Assembly: GCA_035630755.1 (NCBI GenBank)
Contig: DASQKC010000031.1
Coordinates: forward strand, 1-33,916
Origin: Actinomycetota bacterium
GTDB taxonomy: Bacteria; Actinomycetota; UBA4738; HRBIN12
Direction of reading: 5' to 3'
Length of the DNA: 33,916 nucleotides
This document shows, in pieces, positions 1-8,967 of this stretch. Made by a program: the position numbers and the translations under genes. The first letter of the stretch is position 1, and the number at the start of each line of letters is the position of its first letter. The notes under the pieces are model-generated. The model ran no database searches and was not told the origin of the DNA. It saw only the letters and a list, made by a program, of their open reading frames with translations.

Positions 1-551
1 TGGTTGTCCTCCCACACGTAGCATCGGGAACCGGGCGTGGGGTCGGAGTCCAGCCGGCAGTTGTTGAAGCTCGCGGAGTAGATGACGATAGGGATCGGGT
101 TCGCCGAACCCGGCGGTCCCCAGATCGCCGTGGCCTCGGTCGAGACCGTGCCGGTGTCCGGATAGCCGAGCACCGGCGCGAAGAAGAGATCCTGCGGCGC
201 CTGGTAGCGGACGCTGACGTAGCCGTTGGGCGCGGCCGAACCGCCGTCGCAGTTCGCGATCTGCACGATGTTCGTGGGACCGACGTTCACGTTGTCGACG
301 TTGTCGCCCGCCCACACGTCGGCCGCGGTCTCGGGGGGCTGCGTGTCCGACAGGAGCGTGCAGGTCTTCGCCGCGGCCAAGGCGGCGGCATCCGCTCCGT
401 TCACCATCGCACGTCGGCGGAGCAGCAGCCCGCCGACGTCCACGACGAGAACGACCATGCCGAACAGGGCGATGATGCACAAGACGACGATGACCGCCGT
501 CGCGCCTTCCTCGCCCCTCGCCCTGGCGAAGCGCGAGGTCAGGACTCGCAC
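1..551 (-). CDS. TadG-like Flp pilus assembly protein (Tad_N-type N-terminus); the 3' end runs off the window
   Basis: I checked the minus-strand frame codon by codon from GTG at 551 to the window edge and found no stop. It is absent from the ORF track because it is open-ended. The N-terminus VRVLTSRFARARGEEGATAVIVVLCIIALFGMVVLVVDVGGLLLRRRAMVNGADAAALAAAK has the membrane anchor plus ADAAALAAA motif typical of TadG/TadE-G-like proteins. Its start overlaps the stop of the tadE-like gene by 13 nt. Confidence 0.7.
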   Translation of the reverse strand, partial: MRVLTSRFARARGEEGATAVIVVLCIIALFGMVVLVVDVGGLLLRRRAMVNGADAAALAAAKTCTLLSDTQPPETAADVWAGDNVDNVNVGPTNIVQIANCDGGSAAPNGYVSVRYQAPQDLFFAPVLGYPDTGTVSTEATAIWGPPGSANPIPIVIYSASFNNCRLDSDPTPGSRCYVWEDN

Positions 552-967
552 CTGAACTCCCCGTGGATCGTCGTGTTGATGTTGATGGTCGGCACGAAGG
601 GGATGTCCACGCTCATGATGTCGCTGATGTTCCCCGGGAGATCGGGGTCCTGCGTGTTGATGGAGACGATAGCCGAGTCATCGAGATCCGGGGTGGCCGG
701 ACACGGGGAGATGCTGATGACGTTGGCGTTGGCAGGGATCGCCCCGAGTGAGGAGCTGTTCACCAACGCCAGAACGTCGCTGTTCGGCGCGCTCACGGCG
801 GCGAGCCTGGCTCCCTCGCGCGTCGCCGCACGCATGGTCTGCAGTTGGAAGAACGCGAGACCGAACTGCAGCATGCCGAAGATCAGCATCGCCAGCACGC
901 CCGCGATGAGCGCGAACTCGACCGCCGCGGCGCCGTCCTCGCGGCGGAGCGTAGGGGGGATCTTCAT
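539..967 (-). CDS. TadE-like pilus assembly (pseudopilin-like) protein
   Basis: The ORF track gives 539..1003. The motif GAAAVEFALIAGVLAMLIFGMLQFG is the TadE N-terminal signature. I prefer the ATG at 967 (MKIPPTLRRE...), which has GAGAGG about 9 nt upstream. The GTG at 1003 has no usable ribosome-binding site. Confidence 0.75.
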   Translation of the reverse strand: MKIPPTLRREDGAAAVEFALIAGVLAMLIFGMLQFGLAFFQLQTMRAATREGARLAAVSAPNSDVLALVNSSSLGAIPANANVISISPCPATPDLDDSAIVSINTQDPDLPGNISDIMSVDIPFVPTININTTIHGEFRCES

Positions 968-1065
968 GTTGTCCGACCTCTCGTTCGTCCGCCGGTCCCT
1001 CACGCTCTCGGGTTCGAGCCCGGGAGCGTGAGCGGCCGGCGGGCGGCCGCTCTGGTTCGTGTGGA

Positions 1066-1272
1066 TCAGCTGGCGCCGCCGACAGCGGTACCAACCTGGT
1101 TGAACTTGGAGCTCGCGTTGTTACCGATCAGCGTAACCGCCGCGATGATCACAACCGCGATGAGAGCCACCATGAGCGCGTACTCCACTGCGGTGGCGCC
1201 ACCCTCATCCTCGGCGCGAGTCTTCAGGTCGTTCCACCAAGTGGAAACGCCCGTGTAAAGACGAAGGAACAT
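1066..1272 (-). CDS. flp: Flp/Fap family type IVb pilin precursor
   Basis: This 68-aa ORF carries GGATAVEYALMVALIAVVIIAAVTLIG, the classic Flp prepilin G/XXXXEY processing motif plus hydrophobic helix. A strong ribosome-binding site (GAGGAAGGGGG) lies upstream of the ATG. The tadE-like and tadG-like genes follow it. Confidence 0.85.
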   Translation of the reverse strand: MFLRLYTGVSTWWNDLKTRAEDEGGATAVEYALMVALIAVVIIAAVTLIGNNASSKFNQVGTAVGGAS

Positions 1273-1302
1273 CTGTCACCCCCTTCCTCCGAAGCCCGTT
1301 GA

Positions 1303-1324
1303 CCGGATCTTCGAACGGATCCGG
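1303..1324. promoter_or_regulatory. Inverted repeat CCGGATC-N8-GATCCGG, 31-52 bp upstream of the flp start codon
   Basis: Read directly from the sequence: ccggatc ttcgaacg gatccgg. The spacer contains the TTCGAA palindrome. It lies in the flp / paralog-A divergent intergenic region. Confidence 0.3.
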
Positions 1325-1400
1325 GAGCGGATGCTACTCCGCCCACGGGAAGAGTAGAAGCAGTGGTCAGCGTGGGGAATTCCGAGTTTCCCTGACGTTC

Positions 1401-1423
1401 TCTACGTAGAACGACGTACGTAG
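1401..1423. promoter_or_regulatory. Tandem TACGTA-core palindromes (TCTACGTAGA, then ACGTACGTAG) upstream of paralog A
   Basis: Read directly from the sequence: tctacgtaga (a perfect 10-bp palindrome, 1401-1410), then acgacgtacgtag. The two TACGTA cores start 14 bp apart. Together they also form a 7-8-7 inverted repeat, CTACGTA-N8-TACGTAG. This is a locally AT-richer patch 30-50 bp upstream of the 1453 start. Confidence 0.3.
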
Positions 1424-1452
1424 CTGGTTCCACGCGGCCGGCGCCTCCCCCG

Positions 1453-2904
1453 GTGGTGCAGCGTAGTCCCTACCATGCCCGCGTGGGAACCCCCGGCCGG
1501 GAGCGTGGGCACCTGGACACCGCGTGGCGCTGGTTGCCGTGGCTCCTACCCGCCGCCGTCGCCCTGGTGGCGCCGCTCGGCACGCTCGACCTCGCCTATC
1601 ACTTGCGTTTGGGCGCCCAGATGCTGTCCACACGAACGATCCCCTCTGCGGACACCTTCACCTTCTCCGTGGAGGGTCGACCCTGGCTCGATCAGCAGTG
1701 GGGAGCACAGATCCTGCTCCGGATGGTGGACGTCGCGGGCGGGTGGTCGGGGCTCGCCCTGCTCGGCGCCGCGCTCATCGCCGCCGCGATCGGATCCATC
1801 TCCCTCGCGTGCGGCGCGCGCGGCGCGAGCACCCGCGCCGCCGCCGTGCTCGCCCTCGTCGGGTTCGTCGTCGCGGCGCCGACCCTCGCGGTGCGCCCGC
1901 AGCTGTTCGGGGTCCTCGCCGTCGCGGTGGCGCTCTGGGCGGTGACGACGCGCGCGACGCATCCGGCGCGGCGATGGCTGTTGCCCGCGATCGCCCTCGC
2001 CGTCGCGAACCTCCACGGGAGCTTCCCCATCATGGTGGTCATCGCGGCCCTCGCGGCGATCGAGGATCTGCTCCGTGGCGACCGGCGAGGCCTGATCGTC
2101 GCGATCGTCACGGCGGCCGCGACCCTCGTGAACCCCTGGGGGCCGCGGGTGTGGTCCTACGTCTGGGAGATCACGAGCGACCCCGTGATCAGGACGCAGG
2201 TGACCGAGTGGGCCGCGCCGTCCCTCGCCGAGGCGAGCGGGTGGCTCGCGCTGGCCTCGGTCGTCCTCGTGACGGTCGTCGGGTACCGAGAGCGCGCGCG
2301 CGTCCGGCCGATGGACCTCGTGTGGCTCGCCGCCTTCCTCGTGCCGGCGGTCGCGAGCCAGCGGGCCGTGGTGTGGTGGGCGCTCGTCGCGCCCGTCGTG
2401 GTCGCCGGATGGGTCGCGGAGCGGGAGGTCGGCGACACCGCGGAGACGGGACGCGGGGACGCGCGCTTCGCACGCACCGTGGTCGCGACGCTGGCCGTGC
2501 TGGTGATCCTCGCGCTCCCGTGGTGGCGGGGCGGCCCGCAGCTGCGCGACGCCCCCGACGGGGTCGCCGACGCGATCGGCGCATTGCCGTCGGACACCGC
2601 CGTGATGGCGTACCAGCCGTGGTCGTCGTGGATCGAACATCGCGCCCCGGCGCAACCGGTCTACGTCGACGCCCGGATCGAACTCTTCCCGGCGGACGTC
2701 TGGGCGCGCTACGACGATCTCCTCACGGATCCCATCGGGGTGCTGGAGGCGACCGGCGCGCAGGCGGTGGCGGGTCCCGCGTCGTGGGCACCGGTGGTGG
2801 CGGCCCGCGACGCAGCGGGATGGGAGATCGCGTACGACGGGGACGACGGGGTCGTCGTCGTGCGCGAGACGCTACTCGGCGACGGCGACGCCGACGAGAC
2901 CTGA
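1453..2904 (+). CDS. Polytopic membrane protein, uncharacterised family, 'paralog A' (putative GT-C-like glycosyltransferase)
   Basis: The 483-aa ORF has many hydrophobic helices plus a soluble C-terminal part. It shares co-linear motifs with ORFs 8968-10410 and 14571-15974: DLAY, DTFTF..G.PW.DQQWGAQ, RPQL, NLHGSF, EWAAP, RAVVWW and ELFPADVW. The start is uncertain; GTG at 1453 and GTG at 1483 are both possible. Confidence 0.75.
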   Translation: MVQRSPYHARVGTPGRERGHLDTAWRWLPWLLPAAVALVAPLGTLDLAYHLRLGAQMLSTRTIPSADTFTFSVEGRPWLDQQWGAQILLRMVDVAGGWSGLALLGAALIAAAIGSISLACGARGASTRAAAVLALVGFVVAAPTLAVRPQLFGVLAVAVALWAVTTRATHPARRWLLPAIALAVANLHGSFPIMVVIAALAAIEDLLRGDRRGLIVAIVTAAATLVNPWGPRVWSYVWEITSDPVIRTQVTEWAAPSLAEASGWLALASVVLVTVVGYRERARVRPMDLVWLAAFLVPAVASQRAVVWWALVAPVVVAGWVAEREVGDTAETGRGDARFARTVVATLAVLVILALPWWRGGPQLRDAPDGVADAIGALPSDTAVMAYQPWSSWIEHRAPAQPVYVDARIELFPADVWARYDDLLTDPIGVLEATGAQAVAGPASWAPVVAARDAAGWEIAYDGDDGVVVVRETLLGDGDADET

Positions 2905-3579
2905 GCGGGTGGCGGTGCGGATCGCCGCGAGCCGGCTGCCGACCCCCAGCTTCACGTAGATCCGTCCGAGGTGCGTCGTCACGGTGCGCTCGCGCACGCC
3001 GAGCCGATCGGCGATCTGCTTGGCGGTGAGCCCCTCGGCCGCCACGGTGAGCACCTGGAGCTCGCGCGTCGTCAGCCGCGCGTCGATGTCCCGCCGCCGG
3101 TCGAGCGCGACGGCGATGTCCCCCAGATCAGACGCCTCCGGTCCTTCGAGGATCATCTCGCCCCGCGTCGAACGTCGGATCGCGTCCAGGAAGCGGTCGG
3201 GCGTCACGCTCTTGTCGACGTAACCGTCGGCGCCCACGAACAGCGCGCGGGAGACCGCCGCGGCGTCGGCGTTCGCACCCATCGCGAGCACCGCGTGGGA
3301 CGGGAAGCGTTCCCGGATCGTGCGGATCACCCACCCGACGTCGAGGTCGCCGTCGAGCCCGAGCCCGACGACCGTCACGACGCGTGTCCGACGTATCCGA
3401 CCGAGGACCTCCAGCGCTTCCTCGCCGCCCGTCGCCGTGGCCAGGACCTCGAGGTCGGGCTGCTCGGCGACCAGTCGCTCGAGGCCAGCGACGACGACCG
3501 GGAAGGCGTCGACCACGACGACGCCGAGCGGGCGTCGGAGGGGTGTGACGGAGGCCTCGGGGGTAGGCGTTCGCTTCAT
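2872..3579 (-). CDS. LuxR/NarL-family regulator with atypical receiver domain (RR-1)
   Basis: The C-terminal GerE/LuxR HTH reads LTTRELQVLTVAAEGLTAKQIADRLGVRERTVTTHLGRIYVKLGV. The N-terminal domain has receiver-like layout, but DD is replaced by DA (VVVVDAFP) and a Gly sits at the expected phospho-Asp position (VVTVVGLGLDGD). I prefer the ATG at 3579, which has a GAGGA ribosome-binding site, over the track start at 3633. Confidence 0.8.
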   Translation of the reverse strand: MKRTPTPEASVTPLRRPLGVVVVDAFPVVVAGLERLVAEQPDLEVLATATGGEEALEVLGRIRRTRVVTVVGLGLDGDLDVGWVIRTIRERFPSHAVLAMGANADAAAVSRALFVGADGYVDKSVTPDRFLDAIRRSTRGEMILEGPEASDLGDIAVALDRRRDIDARLTTRELQVLTVAAEGLTAKQIADRLGVRERTVTTHLGRIYVKLGVGSRLAAIRTATRSGLVGVAVAE

Positions 3580-3673
3580 CTCAGGATCCTCGAGGAGCGT
3601 ACCGGTCCAGTGGTCGGGGCCACACCCCGACATCAGTCCTATCGGCGCGCCGGCGCGGCCTCCTGAAGCGGTC

Positions 3674-4333
3674 TCACTCGAGGTCGATGAGGCCCAGCGC
3701 CGCCCCCTTGGCCACCGCCTGGACGCGGCTGGTGACCTCGAGCTTGCGGTAGAGCTTCGCGACGTGGCTCTCCACGGTGCGTGGCGAGATCCCCAGGCGC
3801 CTACCCACCTGGCGCATCGTCAGCCCGTCGGCGAGCAGCCCGAGGATCTCGCGTTCGCGCGCCGTCACGGTCCCGTCCAACCGGGCCCCCGCTCGTGTCT
3901 GCCGGACGTAGCGTCCGAACTCGACGAGCACGTCGTCGCCGAGCGAGGGATCGAGGACCCGCTCGCCCGCCCGGGCCCGCACGACGGCATCGCCGGCGGC
4001 GCGGAGGCCGTCGGGCTTCAGCAGGTAGCCGGCGACGCCGGCCCGCAGCGCCCGGAGGACGGTGGCACCGTCGGCGCGGTCGGAGACCGCGACGACGGAG
4101 CGCCCGTTCGACGCCGCGGAGTGGATGAGGGTGAGTCCGTCCTCGTCGGGGAGCTCCAGATCCAGCACCACCGCGTCGGGCGCGAGGGCCTCCAGGGCCC
4201 CCGGGACCTCCGCCGCCGTCGAGACCTCGCCGATGACGCCCAGCGCCTCCCGCGACTCGACCGCCAGCCGAACGACCCCGAGGATGACGGGATGGCCACC
4301 CACGAGGAGGACGCGGGTCGCGGCGGGGGTCAT
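3674..4333 (-). CDS. LuxR/NarL-family response regulator with degenerate acidic pocket (RR-2)
   Basis: The 219-aa ORF has HTH REREILGLLADGLTMRQVGRRLGISPRTVESHVAKLYRKLEV. The receiver keeps AVVLDLELPDEDG and YLLKP, but the DD pair after beta1 is GG (VLLVGGHP). Confidence 0.85.
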   Translation of the reverse strand: MTPAATRVLLVGGHPVILGVVRLAVESREALGVIGEVSTAAEVPGALEALAPDAVVLDLELPDEDGLTLIHSAASNGRSVVAVSDRADGATVLRALRAGVAGYLLKPDGLRAAGDAVVRARAGERVLDPSLGDDVLVEFGRYVRQTRAGARLDGTVTAREREILGLLADGLTMRQVGRRLGISPRTVESHVAKLYRKLEVTSRVQAVAKGAALGLIDLE

Positions 4334-4370
4334 AGGCGGAGGCTACGCGGCGCGGCCGTCCGGCCGGATC

Positions 4371-5000
4371 TCAGACACCCGCGGGCACACCGGTGATGCC
4401 GACGCGCCACGCGACCCGCGCAGCCTCGATCTTCGTGTGGACGCCGAGCTTGGCCAGCAGGTTCTTCACGTGGCTCTGGACGGTCGCCGGGGCGATCCCG
4501 AGCGTCACCGCGACGTGCGTCGTGCTCGCCCCCTCCGCGATCATCCGGAGGACCTCGCGCTCCCTCGACGTGAGCCCGTCGAGGCGCGCGGCGTCGTCGG
4601 TCCGACGCGGCTGCCCCAGGGACCCGAGGATGGCGGCCAGCCGCCCGTCGGGGACGACGATCTCGCCGGCGGCCGCACGACGCAGGGCGTCCCAGCGGAG
4701 CCGCGGCTCCGGGGGGATGACGCCGCAGGCCCCGATGGCGAGCACCTCGGCGGTGACCGCGTCGTCGTCGGTCCCCGCGGCCATGACGCGGGTGGCCGGG
4801 AAGGCGTCGACGGTCTCACGGACCGCGGGCACGCCGCACACGCGGAGATCCACGACGGCGAGCTCCGGGGAGATCCCCGCCGCCACCGCGATCGAGGGTG
4901 CGAACGGTCCCCAGACCCGGACGCCGCGGCCGCGGACCGCCGCGACGAGCTCGCGCACCACCACCGCGTCACCGACCCCGAGGATCCCGCGCATGTCCAT
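4371..5000 (-). CDS. LuxR-family regulator with degenerate receiver-like N-domain (RR-3)
   Basis: This is the C-terminal part of track ORF 4371..6014. The HTH reads LTSREREVLRMIAEGASTTHVAVTLGIAPATVQSHVKNLLAKLGV. The upstream 338 codons of the track ORF are antisense to the yyaL-like gene and were rejected. The start is taken at MDMRG (ATG at 5000); alternatives are ATG at 4994 and GTG at 5003. Confidence 0.7.
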   Translation of the reverse strand: MDMRGILGVGDAVVVRELVAAVRGRGVRVWGPFAPSIAVAAGISPELAVVDLRVCGVPAVRETVDAFPATRVMAAGTDDDAVTAEVLAIGACGVIPPEPRLRWDALRRAAAGEIVVPDGRLAAILGSLGQPRRTDDAARLDGLTSREREVLRMIAEGASTTHVAVTLGIAPATVQSHVKNLLAKLGVHTKIEAARVAWRVGITGVPAGV

Positions 5001-5063
5001 CACCGACAGGCATCGGCACGTCGGGCGTCTCGCTGAACGCCGGGGCGCTGCCAGACTGGCGGG

Positions 5064-7073
<2,010 letters not shown>

Positions 7074-7079
<6 letters not shown>

Positions 7080-7090
7080 GGGACTCAGCC
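7074..7090. terminator. Short hairpin GGCTGAG-gga-CTCAGCC containing both convergent stop codons
   Basis: Read directly from the sequence. The TGA of the yyaL-like gene (7077-7079) and the TCA/TGA of the DUF362 gene (7085-7087) sit in opposite arms of a stem of 7 bp, or 8 with the flanking C:G. There is no U-tract. Confidence 0.25.
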
Positions 7091-8116
7091 GGTCGCCGCG
7101 CCGTCGAACCCCGGGGCGGGCGCCAAGGAGGCCTGCAGGCGCGACGGATCCTCGCCCCGCGTGTCGATCCGCTCGGGGTCGGCCTGCCCCAGGAACCTGG
7201 CGGCTTCGTCGAGGTACGCGATCGCCGCCGGGTCTACGCCCATGATCGAGGCCGCGACCACGTCGGTGGCGACGGGGTCATCGCCGACGACGATCGCGCC
7301 GACGGGGACGGGCTCCCCCGAGATGGGGCCGTTGCCCTCCATCGCCACGATGCCGTCCACGATCGCGAGATCGGGTCGGACGGCGGCCGCGACGTCCAGG
7401 ATCGACTGCTGGACGCCGTGGTAGTGCAGGACGTTCTTCGGCCAACCGTAGACGCGCGACGGGACGCACCCGAAGCAGTTCTTGAGGGAGAGCGTGACGC
7501 CGGCCCAGTGATGCGTCTTCATCTTCGGCATCGAGACCACGACGTCGGCCCGCGTGACCGACGTCGGGAGCCAGAGCTCGCCCAGGCGCGTGTACCGCGA
7601 TCGCAGCGGCACGGGCTCGACCGCGTCGAGGTTGAGGTCGACGAACGGGGCCTCGACCGCCCGGAGCGCGTCGCCGAGGCCGGAGCGCTCCACGACGAAC
7701 ATCGTGTCGCGCCGGTGACCCGGGCCCTCGCCGACCGTGACCGACGCGGCGCCCATACGCCGGAACGCCAGCACGGCGGCGGCCACGATCCGCGGATCGG
7801 TGTTGATCGACGTGCCGGGGTCGAACTCGACGAGGTTCGGCTTCAGCAGCACCGACGCGCCGCGGACGTCGGCGCCGATCTGGCGGAGAGCGTCCTCGAC
7901 GGGGCCGGCGAGGTCAGCGTCGTAGGACGACGCGGCGAGCACGGCGACGTGCGCGTCCCCGGGCGGGGGGAACGCCGCCTCGTCCCACGGCTCGGGCTCG
8001 AGCGCGCGCCGCACGCCGAGGCCGACGCCCACGGCGCCGACCGCGACCCCGGCGGCCACGGCGCCGCGGAGGAAGGTGCGCCGGTCGACCGCTCCATGCT
8101 CGTCGTGGTGGTGCAT
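7085..8116 (-). CDS. DUF362 domain protein with twin-arginine (TAT) signal peptide
   Basis: The sequence contains MHHHDEHGAVDRRTFLRGAVAAGVAVGAVGVGLG (an RRxFL TAT motif plus h-region). DUF362-like blocks follow: VLLKPNLV, SMPKMKTHHWAGVTLSLKNCFG and VDGIVAMEGNGP. The start at 8116 shares one nucleotide with the upstream stop (TGATG). Confidence 0.85.
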   Translation of the reverse strand: MHHHDEHGAVDRRTFLRGAVAAGVAVGAVGVGLGVRRALEPEPWDEAAFPPPGDAHVAVLAASSYDADLAGPVEDALRQIGADVRGASVLLKPNLVEFDPGTSINTDPRIVAAAVLAFRRMGAASVTVGEGPGHRRDTMFVVERSGLGDALRAVEAPFVDLNLDAVEPVPLRSRYTRLGELWLPTSVTRADVVVSMPKMKTHHWAGVTLSLKNCFGCVPSRVYGWPKNVLHYHGVQQSILDVAAAVRPDLAIVDGIVAMEGNGPISGEPVPVGAIVVGDDPVATDVVAASIMGVDPAAIAYLDEAARFLGQADPERIDTRGEDPSRLQASLAPAPGFDGAATG

Positions 8117-8919
8117 CACGTCACCGCCAGCCGTTCGAGCCCGTCCCCGAGCGCGATCACGAACCACGCGAGCGCGATCGTGTCCGCATCGGCGGCGGCC
8201 GCCTGTCGTTCACCCAGACGCCGCGCGACCTCCGCCGCGCTCCGGTGACCGATCGTCCGGAGGGCGGCCGCGGCGAGGGCGAGGGAGAGGAGGCCGTCCG
8301 CCTCGTGCGGCCAGATGGTGGCGAGCCGGTCGGCAGCCGTCGCGACCATCGGCTCGTCGAGCCCGTGGAGGGCGATGAGCGCGATGCCGGTCGTCTGGAC
8401 GAACGGCGGGAGCTCCTCGTCCAGGACGATCCGGTTGCCGTAGTTCCAGCCGCCGCCGACGCAGGCGCGGTCGCGGAGCACGGCGATCCCGTCGTCCACC
8501 TCCGGGCCGTCGTGGCCCATCACCCGCAACGCGAGCACGGACCACGCGGTGGGCTCCGCCCACCCGAACGTGTCGCTCGTCCAGGCCCATCCCCGGAGCG
8601 CGGGGTCGTGCGGGAGCGCGTCGGTGGAGGGCTCGGCGCGGGCGCGCGACGCGAGGATCCACCCCACGCCCGCTCGCTGCGCGGCCGGATCGCGCATCGC
8701 GAGCACCGCGGGCGCGGTGACGTCGCGAAAGACCGCCCCGGCGCGCATGCCGACGCTGCCGTCGTCGCCCTGGGCCGCCTCGAGCCACGAAGCGGCGGCG
8801 TCGTCGTCCAGCGCGAGCGCGGCGAGCGCGGTCGGCTCGGGCTCGGACCCGGCGCGGGGCACGGGTCCGTACCCCCCGTCCGGGTTGCGGCGCGCGGCGA
8901 GGTCGTCGGTGGCGGGCAC
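8116..8919 (-). CDS. Prenyltransferase/squalene-cyclase-repeat (alpha/alpha-toroid) protein, no signal peptide
   Basis: The 267-aa ORF has repeated NPDGGYG / GDDGSVG / VGGGWNYG glycine-aromatic repeats typical of terpene-cyclase/prenyltransferase beta-subunit-like repeats. The start is GTG with no ribosome-binding site. The gene is coupled to the DUF362 gene. Confidence 0.65.
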   Translation of the reverse strand: MPATDDLAARRNPDGGYGPVPRAGSEPEPTALAALALDDDAAASWLEAAQGDDGSVGMRAGAVFRDVTAPAVLAMRDPAAQRAGVGWILASRARAEPSTDALPHDPALRGWAWTSDTFGWAEPTAWSVLALRVMGHDGPEVDDGIAVLRDRACVGGGWNYGNRIVLDEELPPFVQTTGIALIALHGLDEPMVATAADRLATIWPHEADGLLSLALAAAALRTIGHRSAAEVARRLGERQAAAADADTIALAWFVIALGDGLERLAVT

Positions 8920-8925
8920 GGACTG

Positions 8926-8931
8926 ATTATC
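8926..8931 (-). promoter_or_regulatory. Candidate -10 box GATAAT, 6 nt upstream of the GTG at 8919 (possible leaderless start)
   Basis: The minus strand reads ...caccGATAATcagtccGTG. There is no Shine-Dalgarno sequence, and the patch is AT-rich within GC-rich DNA. No convincing -35 element was seen. Confidence 0.25.
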
Positions 8932-8967
8932 GGTGCCAGACCGGCATGACTTGGGCCCCGGCCGTCG

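Noticed and set aside
226-555. A 109-aa plus-strand ORF at the left edge, together with ORFs 563..751, 573..1031, 678..1094 and 845..1258.
   Set aside because: These are opposite to or out of frame with the tadG-like, tadE-like and flp genes, which have diagnostic pilus motifs. The translations are low complexity.
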